Notes under the pieces: generated by a model
Told to the model about the DNA's origin: nothing
The model's input: only the letters and a program-made list of their open reading frames with translations
Database searches by the model: none
Program-made: the position numbers and the translations under genes
Part shown: in pieces, positions 28,745 through 41,622 of the stretch
Layout: each line of letters begins with the position of its first letter
Position numbering within the stretch: the first letter of the stretch is position 1
Assembly (NCBI RefSeq): GCF_009914755.1
Contig: NC_060941.1
Direction: 5' to 3' (one strand)
Origin: the human T2T-CHM13v2.0 reference genome, Homo sapiens
DNA: 64,000 nucleotides

Positions 28745-29006
28745 GTTTTTTAATTTTTTTAATTATACTTTATGTTCTAGGGTACATGTGCACAACGTGC
28801 AAGCTTGTTACATAGGTATACATGTGCCATGTTGGTTTGCTGCACCCATCAACTCATCATTTACATTAGGTATTTCTCCTAATACTATCTCTCCCCCAGC
28901 CCCCCACCCCCCAACAGGCCCTGGTGTGTGATGTTCCCCACCCTGTGTGTGATGTTCCCTGCCCTGTGTCCAAGTGTTCTCATTGTTCAATTCCTACCTG
29001 TGAGTG
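28745..29006 (-). mobile_element. L1PA 3' end fragment with a small internal tandem duplication
   Basis: Reverse L1 3'UTR; gtgtgtgatgttccc occurs twice. Confidence 0.85.
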
Positions 29007-30302
29007 TCCTTTACTTTTTCAAGTGACCACTCTTTCCTTCATCGGGATTTTGGACCTTGCACTCTGCTAGTTGTTGTCTTACTTCTCTGGTGATTCCTTT
29101 CCAGTCTCCTGTGGTTTCTGTTGCTTTGTTTTCAACTTACAAGTGATGGAGTGTCCCACAGCTCAGGGCATAGATGTCTTATTCTCAGACACTTATTCCC
29201 TATGACCAGGAAGCCACATTCAGTCCCACGGCATTCAAAGTCCCATTTCATATGCTGAGACCAACTGGAGGTTCATTTAATTTTCACCTACTTTCTCTGA
29301 CCCATTAGGAGTTGTGTGCTGTAAGTGGTGTGAAGGAATAATGCCCCTACACAGTCTAAATTATTGTTCGTTCATGTAGTAGAACCTATGGAAGTTAAAG
29401 ATTCATGATTCAATACCACTACATTATTTACTGGACCTTTAACTCCTAGAATATGTATTTAGTACAGAACTTTCTAAATGTTTCTCCTGCTTTTACTAGC
29501 TTGAATTGACATAAAATTTATTTTCACCATTTTCCCCCTAGGATGGAGTTTATAGGCCATATTCTGGGTTTAACTAAGAACCAAACTATTCCGTTAGTTG
29601 GTTTCTTCTAAGTCCCCATATTTCTCTATGAAAATTCATTTTTGTAGAATTTATTGACCAAGACCATGTGCCCCAAGACCATGCTATTAAATACACACCA
29701 CAGAAAAGTCATTAAGGTAGGAAAAATACTAAAATTTGAGTATTTTACATTTTCTGCAATTCCCCAACTTCTCAGAAGATTGATTTTCCCTAAAGGTAAT
29801 TATTTTGTTGTTAATGGATGGAGATGAAATTAAAGCAGCTGAGAGTGTGATAAATTGAATTACACGAGAGATGGATAAACCTTAAAGAGTAGCCTCTGGT
29901 TTTACAAGAATGGGATAAAAGAGATAAGGGCAGAACAAGATGACAGGATCGGGGGCCATGGGTGGAGGAGGGAAACAGAAAAATAAAGCAAATAAGAGAG
30001 GAGTGAGATTGTAGGGAAAGATACACTTTCAAAAATATTTAAGAAAATTTAGCTGTGGGATATAACCCTTCTCCATATTCATAAAAAAACTTAACTTAAA
30101 ATCTTTATTTTTTTCAATACTTTTGGAAACATCCATGTATTGCCTTTTTTTTAAGTCATTACATGTTGCAATTTTCTTGAAGGTGAGAGCAAGAATAGGA
30201 TTCGTTCAGTTGTGTTTTGGGTGGAATTTCTCAGGAACTAAGGACAATCATTACAAAGCAACACAAAAAGAACATTGTATTTCTATGCGACAAAAGTGGA
30301 GT

Positions 30303-30308
30303 TTTATT
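30303..30308 (-). terminator. Poly(A) signal AATAAA, KRTAP4-6
   Basis: tttatt ~410 bp after the stop. Confidence 0.65.
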
Positions 30309-30714
30309 CAGAAGCAGCAAAAATAAGATACAGAAACATTGCTGTAAAAGGAAATACAGGGTGAAACAATCAGACTTTCAAATCTGAGAGTGAGACATCC
30401 TTGCCCCGAGTTACCCTGCAAGAATTTCCATGTTTGGGACAGAAGAACTTGGTATCCATAAATACAAATATAAGGTATAAAATTTGGTAAATTCTATTAA
30501 TTTCTTTCTGTAAATAATATCTAATTTCACACTTGGGTCAACATGGGGAACATATATTCTAGATGTATAGCCAGGACATATATCCTAGATATATGTCCAG
30601 GATATGGACACACAGTTGGTGGGAATGGCCTCTTCTGAGTTGTTTATGAGATGCACAAGGTCTGCTTCTGTGAGGAGTGAGCTGAAGGGGAGGAGATAGT
30701 TTCAGGCAAGGAGC

Positions 30715-31332
30715 TCAGCAGCAAGAGGAGGCACAGCACAAGGGACGGGGGCAGGTGGAAATGACACAGGTTGGGCGATAGCAAGTGGTGTGGCAGGAGA
30801 CTCGGCCACAGACTGGACGCAGGCAGCAGCAGGGGCGGCAGCAGCACGGGCGGCAGCAGCTGGATTCACAGCAAGAGGGGCGGCAGCAGCTGGAGATGCA
30901 GCAGCTGGGACGGCAGCAGGTTGGCTGGCAGCACACAGACTGGCAGCACTGGGACCTGCAGCACCTGGACACACAGCAGCTGGGGCGACAGCAGCTGGAG
31001 ATGCTGCAGCTGGGACGGCAGCAAGTGGGCTGGCAGCACACAGACTGGCAGCACTGGGGTCTGCAGCAGCTGGATACACAGCAGCTAGGGCGGCAGCAGG
31101 TGGTCCTGCAGCAGGTGGTCTGACAGCAGCTGGGACAGCAGCTGGGACGGCAGCAGGTGGGCTGGCAGCACACAGACTGGCAGCACTGGGGTCTGCAGCA
31201 GCTGGACACACAGCAGCTGGGGCGGCAGCAGGTGGTCCTGCAGCAGGTGGTCTGACAGCAGCTGGGGCGGCAGCAGGTCTCCAGGCCACAGCCCTGGTCA
31301 GAGCAGACGGAACCACAACAGGAGCTGACCAT
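30715..31332 (-). CDS. KRTAP4-6: Keratin-associated protein 4-6, 205 aa
   Basis: ATG at 31332 in ctctgacaccATGG. [21 protein letters not shown]...[13 protein letters not shown] at 31415-31421. Confidence 0.85.
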   Translation of the reverse strand: MVSSCCGSVCSDQGCGLETCCRPSCCQTTCCRTTCCRPSCCVSSCCRPQCCQSVCCQPTCCRPSCCPSCCQTTCCRTTCCRPSCCVSSCCRPQCCQSVCCQPTCCRPSCSISSCCRPSCCVSRCCRSQCCQSVCCQPTCCRPSCCISSCCRPSCCESSCCRPCCCRPCCCLRPVCGRVSCHTTCYRPTCVISTCPRPLCCASSCC

Positions 31333-31414
31333 GGTGTCAGAGGGTAAAGGTTCTGGGTGGGTTTCCAAGAGAGTGAGTTTCGTGAGTTTGGGAGTCTCCT
31401 TGCTGCATGTCCCC

Positions 31415-31421
31415 TTTTATA
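31415..31421 (-). promoter_or_regulatory. TATA box of KRTAP4-6 (TATAAAA)
   Basis: ttttata ~85 bp upstream of the ATG. Confidence 0.8.
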
Positions 31422-32216
31422 CCCAGCTGAGGAGCCTTTGTGATTATGAGAAGATTGTTTCCTTGTTTTTGTTTATATGACACAAATGCAATTACTAAAT
31501 TATATTGTGTTTTTCTAGTAAAAAATCCCAATATATAGAAAATGATTATTTCCCTTTTCTCACCCTGGTGTTCCCACATGAGTCACCTCTTGTTTTCCTT
31601 TCCTTGGTTTCAGTGTCACATGACTTCAGTCTCTGGGTATCATGTGACATGGGAGGGCCACTGTCACTTGTCTGTTTCTCATCATGATATCGTTTTGGGA
31701 GAGCTTCTGATTGGGCTAAGATCTCTAGTGGAGAAATGCATGTGTCAATCAGCTGGAATGCTGACAGGAAAAAAAGAAAATATGCTCCTGTTTTTGAGTG
31801 TGAGAAATAAGGAAGCTTATGATTCATTGTATGTATTCTGGGTGGCCATTGAGCTAACTAAATTCCTAGGTCATTGCAAGCTGTGTTAATTCTCATCACT
31901 CTGGTGCACCTTGAAACAGTTAGTAGTGACTCACTGTTTCTAAGGAACAAAGCATCATCTGGGCTTGAGCTGCGTCTGTCTTCAAAAGTGTCCTACAGGC
32001 TGAAGTAGAGTAATGTGGATCATAGTTTTTGATCTGCCTTTTGAAATATCAAATGTGTAATGGTTATGCTTTATTGACATTTTGTTAAAATCTTTTTCAT
32101 ACATTTTGAGCTAAAACATCTAGCAGGGTTTTTTTTTAGTATCACTTATTTCTAAGATTTTTTAAGAAGCATTGAGAGGAATATAAAAGATATATTCTTT
32201 AACTTACAGGTACTTA

Positions 32217-32879
32217 TGTAACTGTGGACCTCAATTTTAAAAATCACCCACTTTCTCTTCCTTTCCTCCCCTCTCACCTCTTCATTCCTTCCCTCTGCAC
32301 ACTCCCTTCTGGCAATACTATCTAATATCTTATCTAATTATATTCTTGCTTAAGAAATTCCAGAGGCTAATCTTGAAACAAACCAGGCACAGAGCCCTGA
32401 GGAATCCTCTCACTTAGGGGGAATCTTGAACAATTAATCCACCACCATTGGGCTGAAGTCAAAATAATGCCTCCCAAACCTCTGGACACCCAAGATAGCC
32501 ATTGGAACAAGACATGCAGACTCAGCACCCTGCACCACCCCTGCATGTCTCCCATGCCAAGTTTCCCTTTCAAAACCCTATGGCAAATTTTAAAATTTAA
32601 GATGGCACTTTAGAATGCTAGTTCACTAGCTAAAGGATGTCAGTGAGATATATCTTGGGGTGAAATGTTTTTATTTCCTTCACTTAGCATTCTTCTAGTT
32701 ATTCATTACCAGTTAGTTCAAATGCCATTTTTCTCCAATATCTTTCTTGGCCTCACACAAAGCAAGGTTATCCTCTGGTTTACTGGCTCTCCAACTAGAA
32801 CTAACTTTCCTTTCACCAGCCCTTGCCTCTTATGTGTTGGCTTTCCAGCAGCAAGCAGCTGAACCTGGGTCCAGTTACA
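32217..32879 (+). mobile_element. ERV-type LTR (family uncertain), interrupted by a local duplication at 32637-32768
   Basis: tgtaac...cagttaca termini and LTR-like composition. Confidence 0.5.
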
Positions 32880-32904
32880 TTTACACAGAAATTGCATTCA
32901 TAAC

Positions 32905-33235
<331 letters not shown>

Positions 33236-33533
33236 TAAATAAAATCCTCACATGATCATGGTTCTAAATAAAGGGTCTTCTTTAGTGCCGTGGACATTCA
33301 GGGAAAAGCAATTATTCAAGGAAAGAACAAATTACCTTCACAATATTTTCTCTTCCTGGGAATGAAGGGATGTCTCTTGTGAACTTATGTGGGGCCTGAG
33401 GAACCTGGAGATCTCTGCCCTAGTGGAGTTTGTATTCTAGAAGGAGCTGATAGACACATGAATTTCCAATGGAGAATGAGATGATAGAGCCCATGTGTAA
33501 ATAAGGCACCACAGAAGTGCAATGGAGGAAGGA

Positions 33534-34447
33534 TTTTCCTCACTGAAAAATCACTGACTTGAGGCGGATTGATTAGTAGGAGAAAAGGCATACACATTTA
33601 TCTAACAAGTATACCCAAGAGCCTTCAGAATGAAAACTCAACCCCTCAATAAGGTACAGAAGCTTATACAACATCTTGAGGTCCCAGAAAGAATGAGGGC
33701 TCAGAGCATGGCCAAAAACAGGAAACAGGTTTTAGTGGCAAGGCAGGTGTATTGGTCCATTCTCATGCTACTATGAAGAAATACCCAAGACTGGGTAATT
33801 TACAAAGGAAAGAGGTTTAATTGACTCACAGTTCACCATGGCTGGGGAAGCCTCAGGAAACTTACAATCATGGCAGAAGGGGAGGCAAACACATCCTTCT
33901 TCACATCGTGGGAGCAAGGAGAAGTGCAGAGGAGAAGGAAGATAAGCCCCTTATAAAACCCTTAAATCTCATGAGAACTCACTATCACATGAAGGTAACC
34001 GACCCCATGATTAAATTGCCTCCCCCTGTGTCCTTCCCATGACACGTGGGGATTATGAGAACTACAATTCAAGATGAGATTTGGGTGGGGACACAAAGCC
34101 TAACCATATCAACAGGTTATGGGAGGGAGAAAGAAAGAGGCTTGGCCAGCAAAGGGGGTCTTGTTATGTGGATGAAATCTCACAGGTAGCAACTCTCAGA
34201 GAAAAGAGATGGTAAATGATTTTTTTCAGAACTCTAAGGGTGTCAGACAGTCAGTTATTCTCTTCTAGATCCAGGAAAGGCCTATAATGAGAAGGCCTGA
34301 CTGCATTAATGGAGATTCTCTACAGATGCAAATTTCCTTCACAAAAGACAGCTTTGCAGGGCCACTTTAGTCTGCTGGTCATGTGGCAGCCATCTTAAAA
34401 TATGTCAAAAAATATATTTTGGGGTAAAATATTTTTTATTTTCTTAA
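33534..34447 (-). mobile_element. MER34-like LTR containing a THE1 insertion
   Basis: Reverse strand begins ...aaaataaaaaatattttaccccaaaatatatttt...gacatattttaagatggctg. Confidence 0.6.
33748..34111 (-). mobile_element. THE1 (MaLR) LTR
   Basis: Reverse THE1 consensus; 5-bp TSD gcagg/acagg. Confidence 0.85.
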
Positions 34448-34980
34448 TTTAGCATTCTTCTATTTGTTTTTTACTGTCCAAATGCCATTTTTCTCCAATA
34501 TCTTTCTTGTTCTCACACAAAGCAAGGTCCTTCCTCCACTGCACATCTGTTGTGCCTTATATATGCACAGCCTCTACCATCTGATTCTCTCTCAGAAATT
34601 CATTTGTCTATTGGCACCTTCTAAAATACAAACTCCATTAGGGCATAGACTATGATCTATTCATCTTTATATAACAGAACCTGAAACATATGTTTAATGG
34701 ATGAAGATTTTGTCAAGGCTTTCAAGGGTCACACTGACCTTTGAGAATACAAACCATTCAAATAGGTGGAGAGAAAGGGGATATAAAAGGAGCACATAAT
34801 TGAGATTGGGCATGACCCTGGCTTGTGATGGTGAAAGTGATATGCTGAAAGGTCTGTTTTGAGAAGTAATGAGAGAAGTTGGGATTGATAGCATGAGGGA
34901 GAAATTGTGGGTACCCTCAAATCCTGGAAGAAATGGTAGGGAGCTATGAAAAGCCTTCAGGAAGGAATGTTAGGTGATAT

Positions 34981-35964
34981 TGTAACCGCCCAGTGGGTTC
35001 ATTTTTCTTGCTGCCCAGATGGAGCAAACTTACCAAGACAGGGGAATTGCAATAGAGAAAGAGTTTAATGTGCATAGAGCCAGCTAAAAAGGAGACCAGA
35101 GCTTTGTTATTATTCATATCAGCCTCCTTGAAAATTAGGAGGTTAGAGTTTTTCAAGGATAGTTTTGTGAGCAAAGGAATGGGTGCTGCTGATTGGTTGT
35201 GGATGCAATCATAGGGCTGTGGACCATGGTCCTTGTGAGCTGAGTTTGCTTCAGGCAGCGGGGGTCGGTGGGGGCAGGACCAGCTGAGTCAAGAGTCACA
35301 GGTCCAGGTGGGCCTACTGATTGTCAGAAATGCAAAAACATGAAAAGACGTCTCAAAAATCTAATTTTAGGTTCTACAGTAGTGATGTTATCTGCAGGAG
35401 TAATTGGGGAAGTTGCAAATCTTGCGACCCTGCAGATAACATCACTACTGTAGAACCTAAAATTAGATTTTTGAGACGTCTTTTCATGTTTTTGCATTTC
35501 TGACAATCAGTAGGCCCAGCTGGACCTGTGACTCTTGACTCAGCTGGTCCTGCCCCCACCGACCCCCGCTGCCTGAAGCAAACTCAGCTCACAAGGACCA
35601 TGGTCCACAGCCCTATGATTGCATCCACAACCAATCAGCAGCACCCATTCCTTTGCTCATAAAACTATCCTTGAAAAACTCTAGCCTCCTAAGTGGCTGG
35701 TAATTGCTTATGTCTACACCTTAGCAGAACTCAGGCTCCTCTCATCCTCTTAACCTGGTGAACTTTCATTAGTTTTACAAAGGTGGTTTAGTTTTGTGGA
35801 ATGGATATTATCATTTAAACTATAAACTAAATTCCTCCCCCAGGTTAGCTTGGCCCAAGCCCAGGGCAATTTGGAGGTTAAAGGCAAGATAGGAGTTGGT
35901 TCAATCAGATCTCTTCCACTGTGATAATTTTCTTGCTGTTATAATTTTGGCAAAAGTGCTTTCA
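34981..35964 (-). mobile_element. LTR8-family solo LTR carrying an internal inverted duplication
   Basis: Reverse strand starts tgaaagcacttttgccaaaattataac and ends ...gaacccactgggcggttaca. Confidence 0.75.
35135..35692. repeat. Inverted repeat with 264-bp arms, 30-bp spacer and 3 mismatches
   Basis: 35135-35398 is the reverse complement of 35429-35692; the ORF track shows mirror-image ORFs. Confidence 0.97.
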
Positions 35965-36067
35965 AAATATATGCTATGCACAATGTATTTTAATTTTTGA
36001 TCTGCCTTTAGAAATGACAAAACACTCCTGGATTTCTGGGAAGAGATGCCATTAAAAAATTGAAGTG

Positions 36068-36482
<415 letters not shown>

Positions 36483-36874
36483 TTATGAAATAACTAAATT
36501 CTTTCTTTGAAATAATCAGTAGAGACTTGGAACAAATTGAAAATAGAGGTATAAGAAGGGTTCTTCCTAAAAGTTATAAAAGATATTTCAACTGAACTAA
36601 TTGTTTACATATTCTATAATTTTCTATATATGTAATTTATACCCCCTACCTACTTAAAGCCAATAATTAAAGTTTTTAAAGGATAAATAAATCAGAAAGG
36701 ATAAGATGTGCCTAAAAAAGAAGAACTTAAAAAGAATAAGCCATTTAGAGATAAGGAAGAAATATTTACATTAAAAGACTAGAATGGAATCGTAGGCACA
36801 ATTATGCACTAACTACACTTGTTCTTTTCAGAAACTTAAGCAAAATAAAAACCCAATGTTTTATGGAATTCCTG

Positions 36875-37002
36875 TCCCTCCCTCCCTTCCTTCCTTCCTT
36901 CCTTCCTTCCTTCCTTCCTTCCTTTCTTTCTTTCCTTTCTTTCTTTCCTTCCTTCCTTCCTTCCTTCTTTTTTCTTTCTTTCTTTCTTTTTCTTTCTTCT
37001 CT
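36875..37002 (+). repeat. (CCTT)n/(CTTT)n pyrimidine tract
   Basis: Directly visible. Confidence 0.9.
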
Positions 37003-39544
37003 AAATATTGTATACTGAGAATTTTGCTGGATGCTGGAATAACAAAATAACAAACGACATGTTTTGCAATTGTTCTACTGTTTTACATATATTCGCTCAA
37101 TTACTAGTCCCAACAATCCAGTATGGTAAATTCTATTATAATCCTCCCTTTACAGATGAGAAACTTAAGGCACAGGTGGGATTCAAGCCAGTAAGCAGGG
37201 GAAATGTAATTTTATTTCAGCCAGCCCAGCACTGGGTCCATGTTTTTAATCACTATACACACAACCTCTCTGCAAAATCAGATATGAAAGGAATTTTCTC
37301 TATCCTCATGTTGCTTTTGATGCAGTAAAATTTATGAATTTTTTTCTTTGACAGCTCCTGGGTATGTGTCATATTTTAAAAGGCCTTTCCAGTTATAAAT
37401 TTACATAAGCATTATCCCATAATTTCTGTTAACTTCAAGGTTTCATGTTTTATATTTTAAAATATTTTACCTACTAGGAATTTATACAGATAAAAATATG
37501 AGGTTTAAATGTTTTATAATCAGATGTGACCAAGGCTCAACATCATTTATTAAATAATACATCTTTCCATTACTGAGTTAAAGTGCCACCTTTTCATATA
37601 ATAAATTCTTTTGTGTACGTTAGTCTATTTCTGGACTTGATTTTCAATTCACTAATGATTTTTCATGTGCTAGTATCACAGTCATCAATGTATGGTATTA
37701 ACATGCTTCTAATGGTTATCAAGTTCAAGTCTGCCTTGATAGGTTATGGCAATATGCTAGTGAACTCATATATCTGTGTTGCAAAATTGTATATGTATAC
37801 TGCGTTCCTTGCCATGAAAATGTGAATTGCACCTGTCTGGGCTCTGAAACTGGCATCGAAAAGAATACACTAGCTGAGTCTGCAGTGGCGTATGAGTCTT
37901 ACTAGGTTTGTTGAGTTTCCTGTAAAATTCTGACTTAGGTGGTGCAGCTGAAACAATTGGTGGAACCAACTTGTTTAATCACCAAGCTTGTTGATTAACC
38001 TCTTCCTTACTCACTGGCCAGATGGGACTGTTATAAGGGAGTTCATGGGAATTAAAACTCTTATTTCAGTTACTTCTTTAATCAAAACAGGCATCTATTG
38101 TTGCCTTTCTGGAGTTCTATCTTGCTTAGTTTTACTAGCTAGAAAGGCTTGAGCAATTCCAAAGCTATATATTTAGCATGGGCAAATAATACTGAGAGAC
38201 TTTGAAGTGAATGAAACATCAACTAAGTCAATGTTTCATTCACTTAAAATCCATCTCTACTGTGCATTTAGATAAAGCTGATGTGACCACAGAATAATAA
38301 CTGCAGTCACACTTTCCCATTCATAAATTTATGTCTACCTTGGGTTTCACCACAATGTCTTCCATATCATCTTTGGACCCTTCAGAGCACCATAACTCTC
38401 TCCAAAGCCAATGACTGTACTTGAGTGTCTGTGCATACTTATTCTAAGAAGTTTCGCATGCCACCCTTGGGACATTTCACCCAAATTATTGCATAGGCCT
38501 TCAGACCCGGGGTACCTGCTCCTTGTTATTGTGAGCCCTGGGTACTGAGCTTTCCCTTGTTGCTTTCCCTGAACTCTAGCTACACCTTTGCAAATAGTCT
38601 CTTTATTACGCAGATACACTGTGTCATCTCATTCCTGCTGTGGCCCAGTTCTTGTGGACACAGGAAATTACAAGCCTCATATACTTTAATACTGAAAAGA
38701 CCATATAAAACCTATAGTCTTTGATTTCACTCTAGCTAATAAAGCATAATGTTAAAACCAAAGCCTGCATCCTGTAATGAGCAGTTGTCAAAGAAAAACA
38801 TATGAGAGGATAAAAGGTTTGTTAATTCTGATGTATGAAATGACAAGTCTGTACTCTGTAGAATAATTTAGAGTGAATGGAAAAGGCTGAAGCTGAAAGT
38901 GTCTGCAAGGCATTTTTATGATATGCTAAGACCATAACGCCTAACTTAGGCTGGAGTGAAGCCCACGTAATGTTAACTTCTATTCATGCAGTCGCTTGAC
39001 AACTTAAAACTTCTTTATTTTTACATTTCAGAAATAATAATTAGCTCTTAGTTACATTTCTTTGGAAATATAACACAGCTAATAAATAAAATTCTGATTT
39101 ATAGAAATTTTGGATTTAAAGCAGTTTTAATATACTTTGGATTATTAGCTGAAATATAAACCCTTATATTTATATAAATAAGATATTTTGCACATATTGT
39201 GACACATTTTTTCATCTACATAGAATAACACTTGTTTGAGTTTTGATGATGAGAAAACTGAGTCTCAAGGAAAAGTCCCACCCATGTTCTCTTAAGACAA
39301 AGCAAGGTGATTAAAGCCCAAAACAAAGGAGTAAAACTATCAAGAAAATGAAAAAACCTCAGTAACATTAGGGGCTAAAATTATAAAGGAGTTTCAGTCT
39401 GGAAATACTAAGACTTTGAGCATCTATTAATTAAAAGATGTAAAACTTTTATGAGAAAACTGCCACAGATGTCATAAATTTCCCGAAATCTTGACTTAGA
39501 AGGTAGACTGTGTTCTGAAAGATCATTTTATGTTAAGAGAGGAA

Positions 39545-39720
39545 AAAAGGAAGGAAGGAAGGAAGGAGTGAGGGAGGAAGGAAGGAAGGAAGGAAGGAAG
39601 GAAGGAAGGAAGGAAGGAAGGAAGGAAAGAAGGAAGGAAGGAAGGAAGGCAGGTAGGCAGGCAAGGGGAGGGGAGGTGGAGGGAAGGTAAAGGGATTAGA
39701 AGGGGAGGGAGGGGGAAGTA
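39545..39720 (+). repeat. (GAAG)n purine tract
   Basis: Directly visible. Confidence 0.9.
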
Positions 39721-40014
39721 AGGAAACAAGAAAAAAGTACTTGAGCTAGGGAAAACACTCAAAATTTCCACAACAAATAATGGAACATACTGGAAGTAGA
39801 AATACAGTCAGACAAAATGTAGATGACTTCATGATGTTCAACTTGCTGGAGTTTTTAAGGGACACTTGAGGCATATACCAAAACTTAATTTTGAGTTGCA
39901 GAAGACAGCGCAACAATGATACAAATTTTCTTGCTGTTCTGTCAAAAAGAAAATTATGCTAAGATATTATTCTAGCCCAGGGTATTGTTTCAATCATAGT
40001 AACAGCAGAAATTG

Positions 40015-40338
<324 letters not shown>

Positions 40339-40704
40339 GAAACTGTATCCATTAAGAGCCTATACTGCATTATGTACCAGGCCCTGTGGTGAGTATATTA
40401 CATGGGTTATGTCTCTTAACATTTAAAGAATGTAATGCATTATCTCTATTCACAGAGAAAGAAAACTGAGGCCTGAGGAGGTTAAAAAACTTGCCCCATG
40501 CCACGCAACAAATACCTAGGGGAGTCGTGATTCCAATGCAGGGAACATGAATCAAGAGCCCAGGCTCTTAAACATGCTCTCCTGCATTTGAAGAGAGATG
40601 GCCCTTGATGTGAACTGACAGGTAAAGACACACACACACACACACACACACGCACAATGAGATCACTAACAAATCAGAAGATTTCAATATTAGGGAAGTG
40701 GCTG

Positions 40705-40710
40705 TTTATT
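40705..40710 (-). terminator. Poly(A) signal AATAAA, KRTAP4-5
   Basis: tttatt ~280 bp after the stop. Confidence 0.7.
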
Positions 40711-40987
40711 AATACATGAAAACAATATTATATGAGATCATCACAGTTAGTGTCCCCTTCGAATGAAGACACTGCTCATCTAAAAATAACTGCATTGGGG
40801 CCTGGCATAACATATTTTAATGAATGTGATTGTCTGTCATTTCCTAGAAGAGCTGAATGTCCACTCTGAATGCCACATGAGACAAACTGGCAGGGAAGTG
40901 TTCATTTTTCCAGTGACTGGCTGGCTACAGTGCATTTTAAATGACTAATGAAGACATTCATAGTATGACAAATATCACAAGGAGACA

Positions 40988-41533
40988 TTAGCAGCAAGAG
41001 GAGGCACAGCACAAGGGGCGGGGGCAGGTGGAGATGACACAGGTTGGGCGATAGCAAGTGGTGTGGCAGGAGACTCGGCCACAGACTGGACGCACGCAGC
41101 AGCAGGGGCGGCAGCAGCTGGATTCACAGCAAGAGGGGTGGCAGCAGCTGGAGATGCAGCAGCTGGGACGGCAGCAAGTGGGCTGGCAGCACACAGACTG
41201 GCAGCACTGGGGTCTGCAGCAGCTGGACACACAGCAGCTGGGGCAGCAGCAGGTGGTCCTGCAGCAGGTGGTCCTGCAGCAGGTGGTCTGGCAGCAGCAG
41301 GGGCGGCAGCAGCTGGATTCACAGCAATAGGGGCGGCAGCAGCTGGAGATGCAGCAGCTAGGGTGGCAGCAGGTGGGCTGGTAGCACACAGACTGGCAGC
41401 ACTGGGGCTTGCAGCAGCTGGGGCGGCAGCAGGTGGTCCTGCAGCAGGTGGTCTGGCAGCAGCTGGGGCGGCAGCAGTTCTCCAGGCCACAGCTCTGCTC
41501 AGAGCTGACAGAGCCACAACAGGAGCTGACCAT
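40988..41533 (-). CDS. KRTAP4-5: Keratin-associated protein 4-5, 181 aa
   Basis: [22 protein letters not shown]-terminus, pentapeptide repeats, PLCCASSCC* end. Confidence 0.88.
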   Translation of the reverse strand: MVSSCCGSVSSEQSCGLENCCRPSCCQTTCCRTTCCRPSCCKPQCCQSVCYQPTCCHPSCCISSCCRPYCCESSCCRPCCCQTTCCRTTCCRTTCCCPSCCVSSCCRPQCCQSVCCQPTCCRPSCCISSCCHPSCCESSCCRPCCCVRPVCGRVSCHTTCYRPTCVISTCPRPLCCASSCC

Positions 41534-41615
41534 GGTGTCAGAGGGTGGAGGTTCTGGGTGGATTTCTAGAAGAATGAGGTTCTCAAGTTTGGAAGTGTCC
41601 TTGGGCCACAGCCTC

Positions 41616-41622
41616 TTATATA
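41616..41622 (-). promoter_or_regulatory. TATA box of KRTAP4-5 (TATATAA)
   Basis: ttatata ~85 bp upstream of the ATG. Confidence 0.8.

Noticed and set aside
35268-35559. Pairs of near-identical ORFs on opposite strands
   Set aside because: They are a direct consequence of the inverted duplication and start at non-ATG codons within an LTR; not genes.
35994-36022. Short match tttttgatctgccttt.gaaat..caaa to 32026-32055
   Set aside because: Under 30 bp with mismatches in AT-rich DNA; it cannot be distinguished from chance or ancient paralogy without computation.
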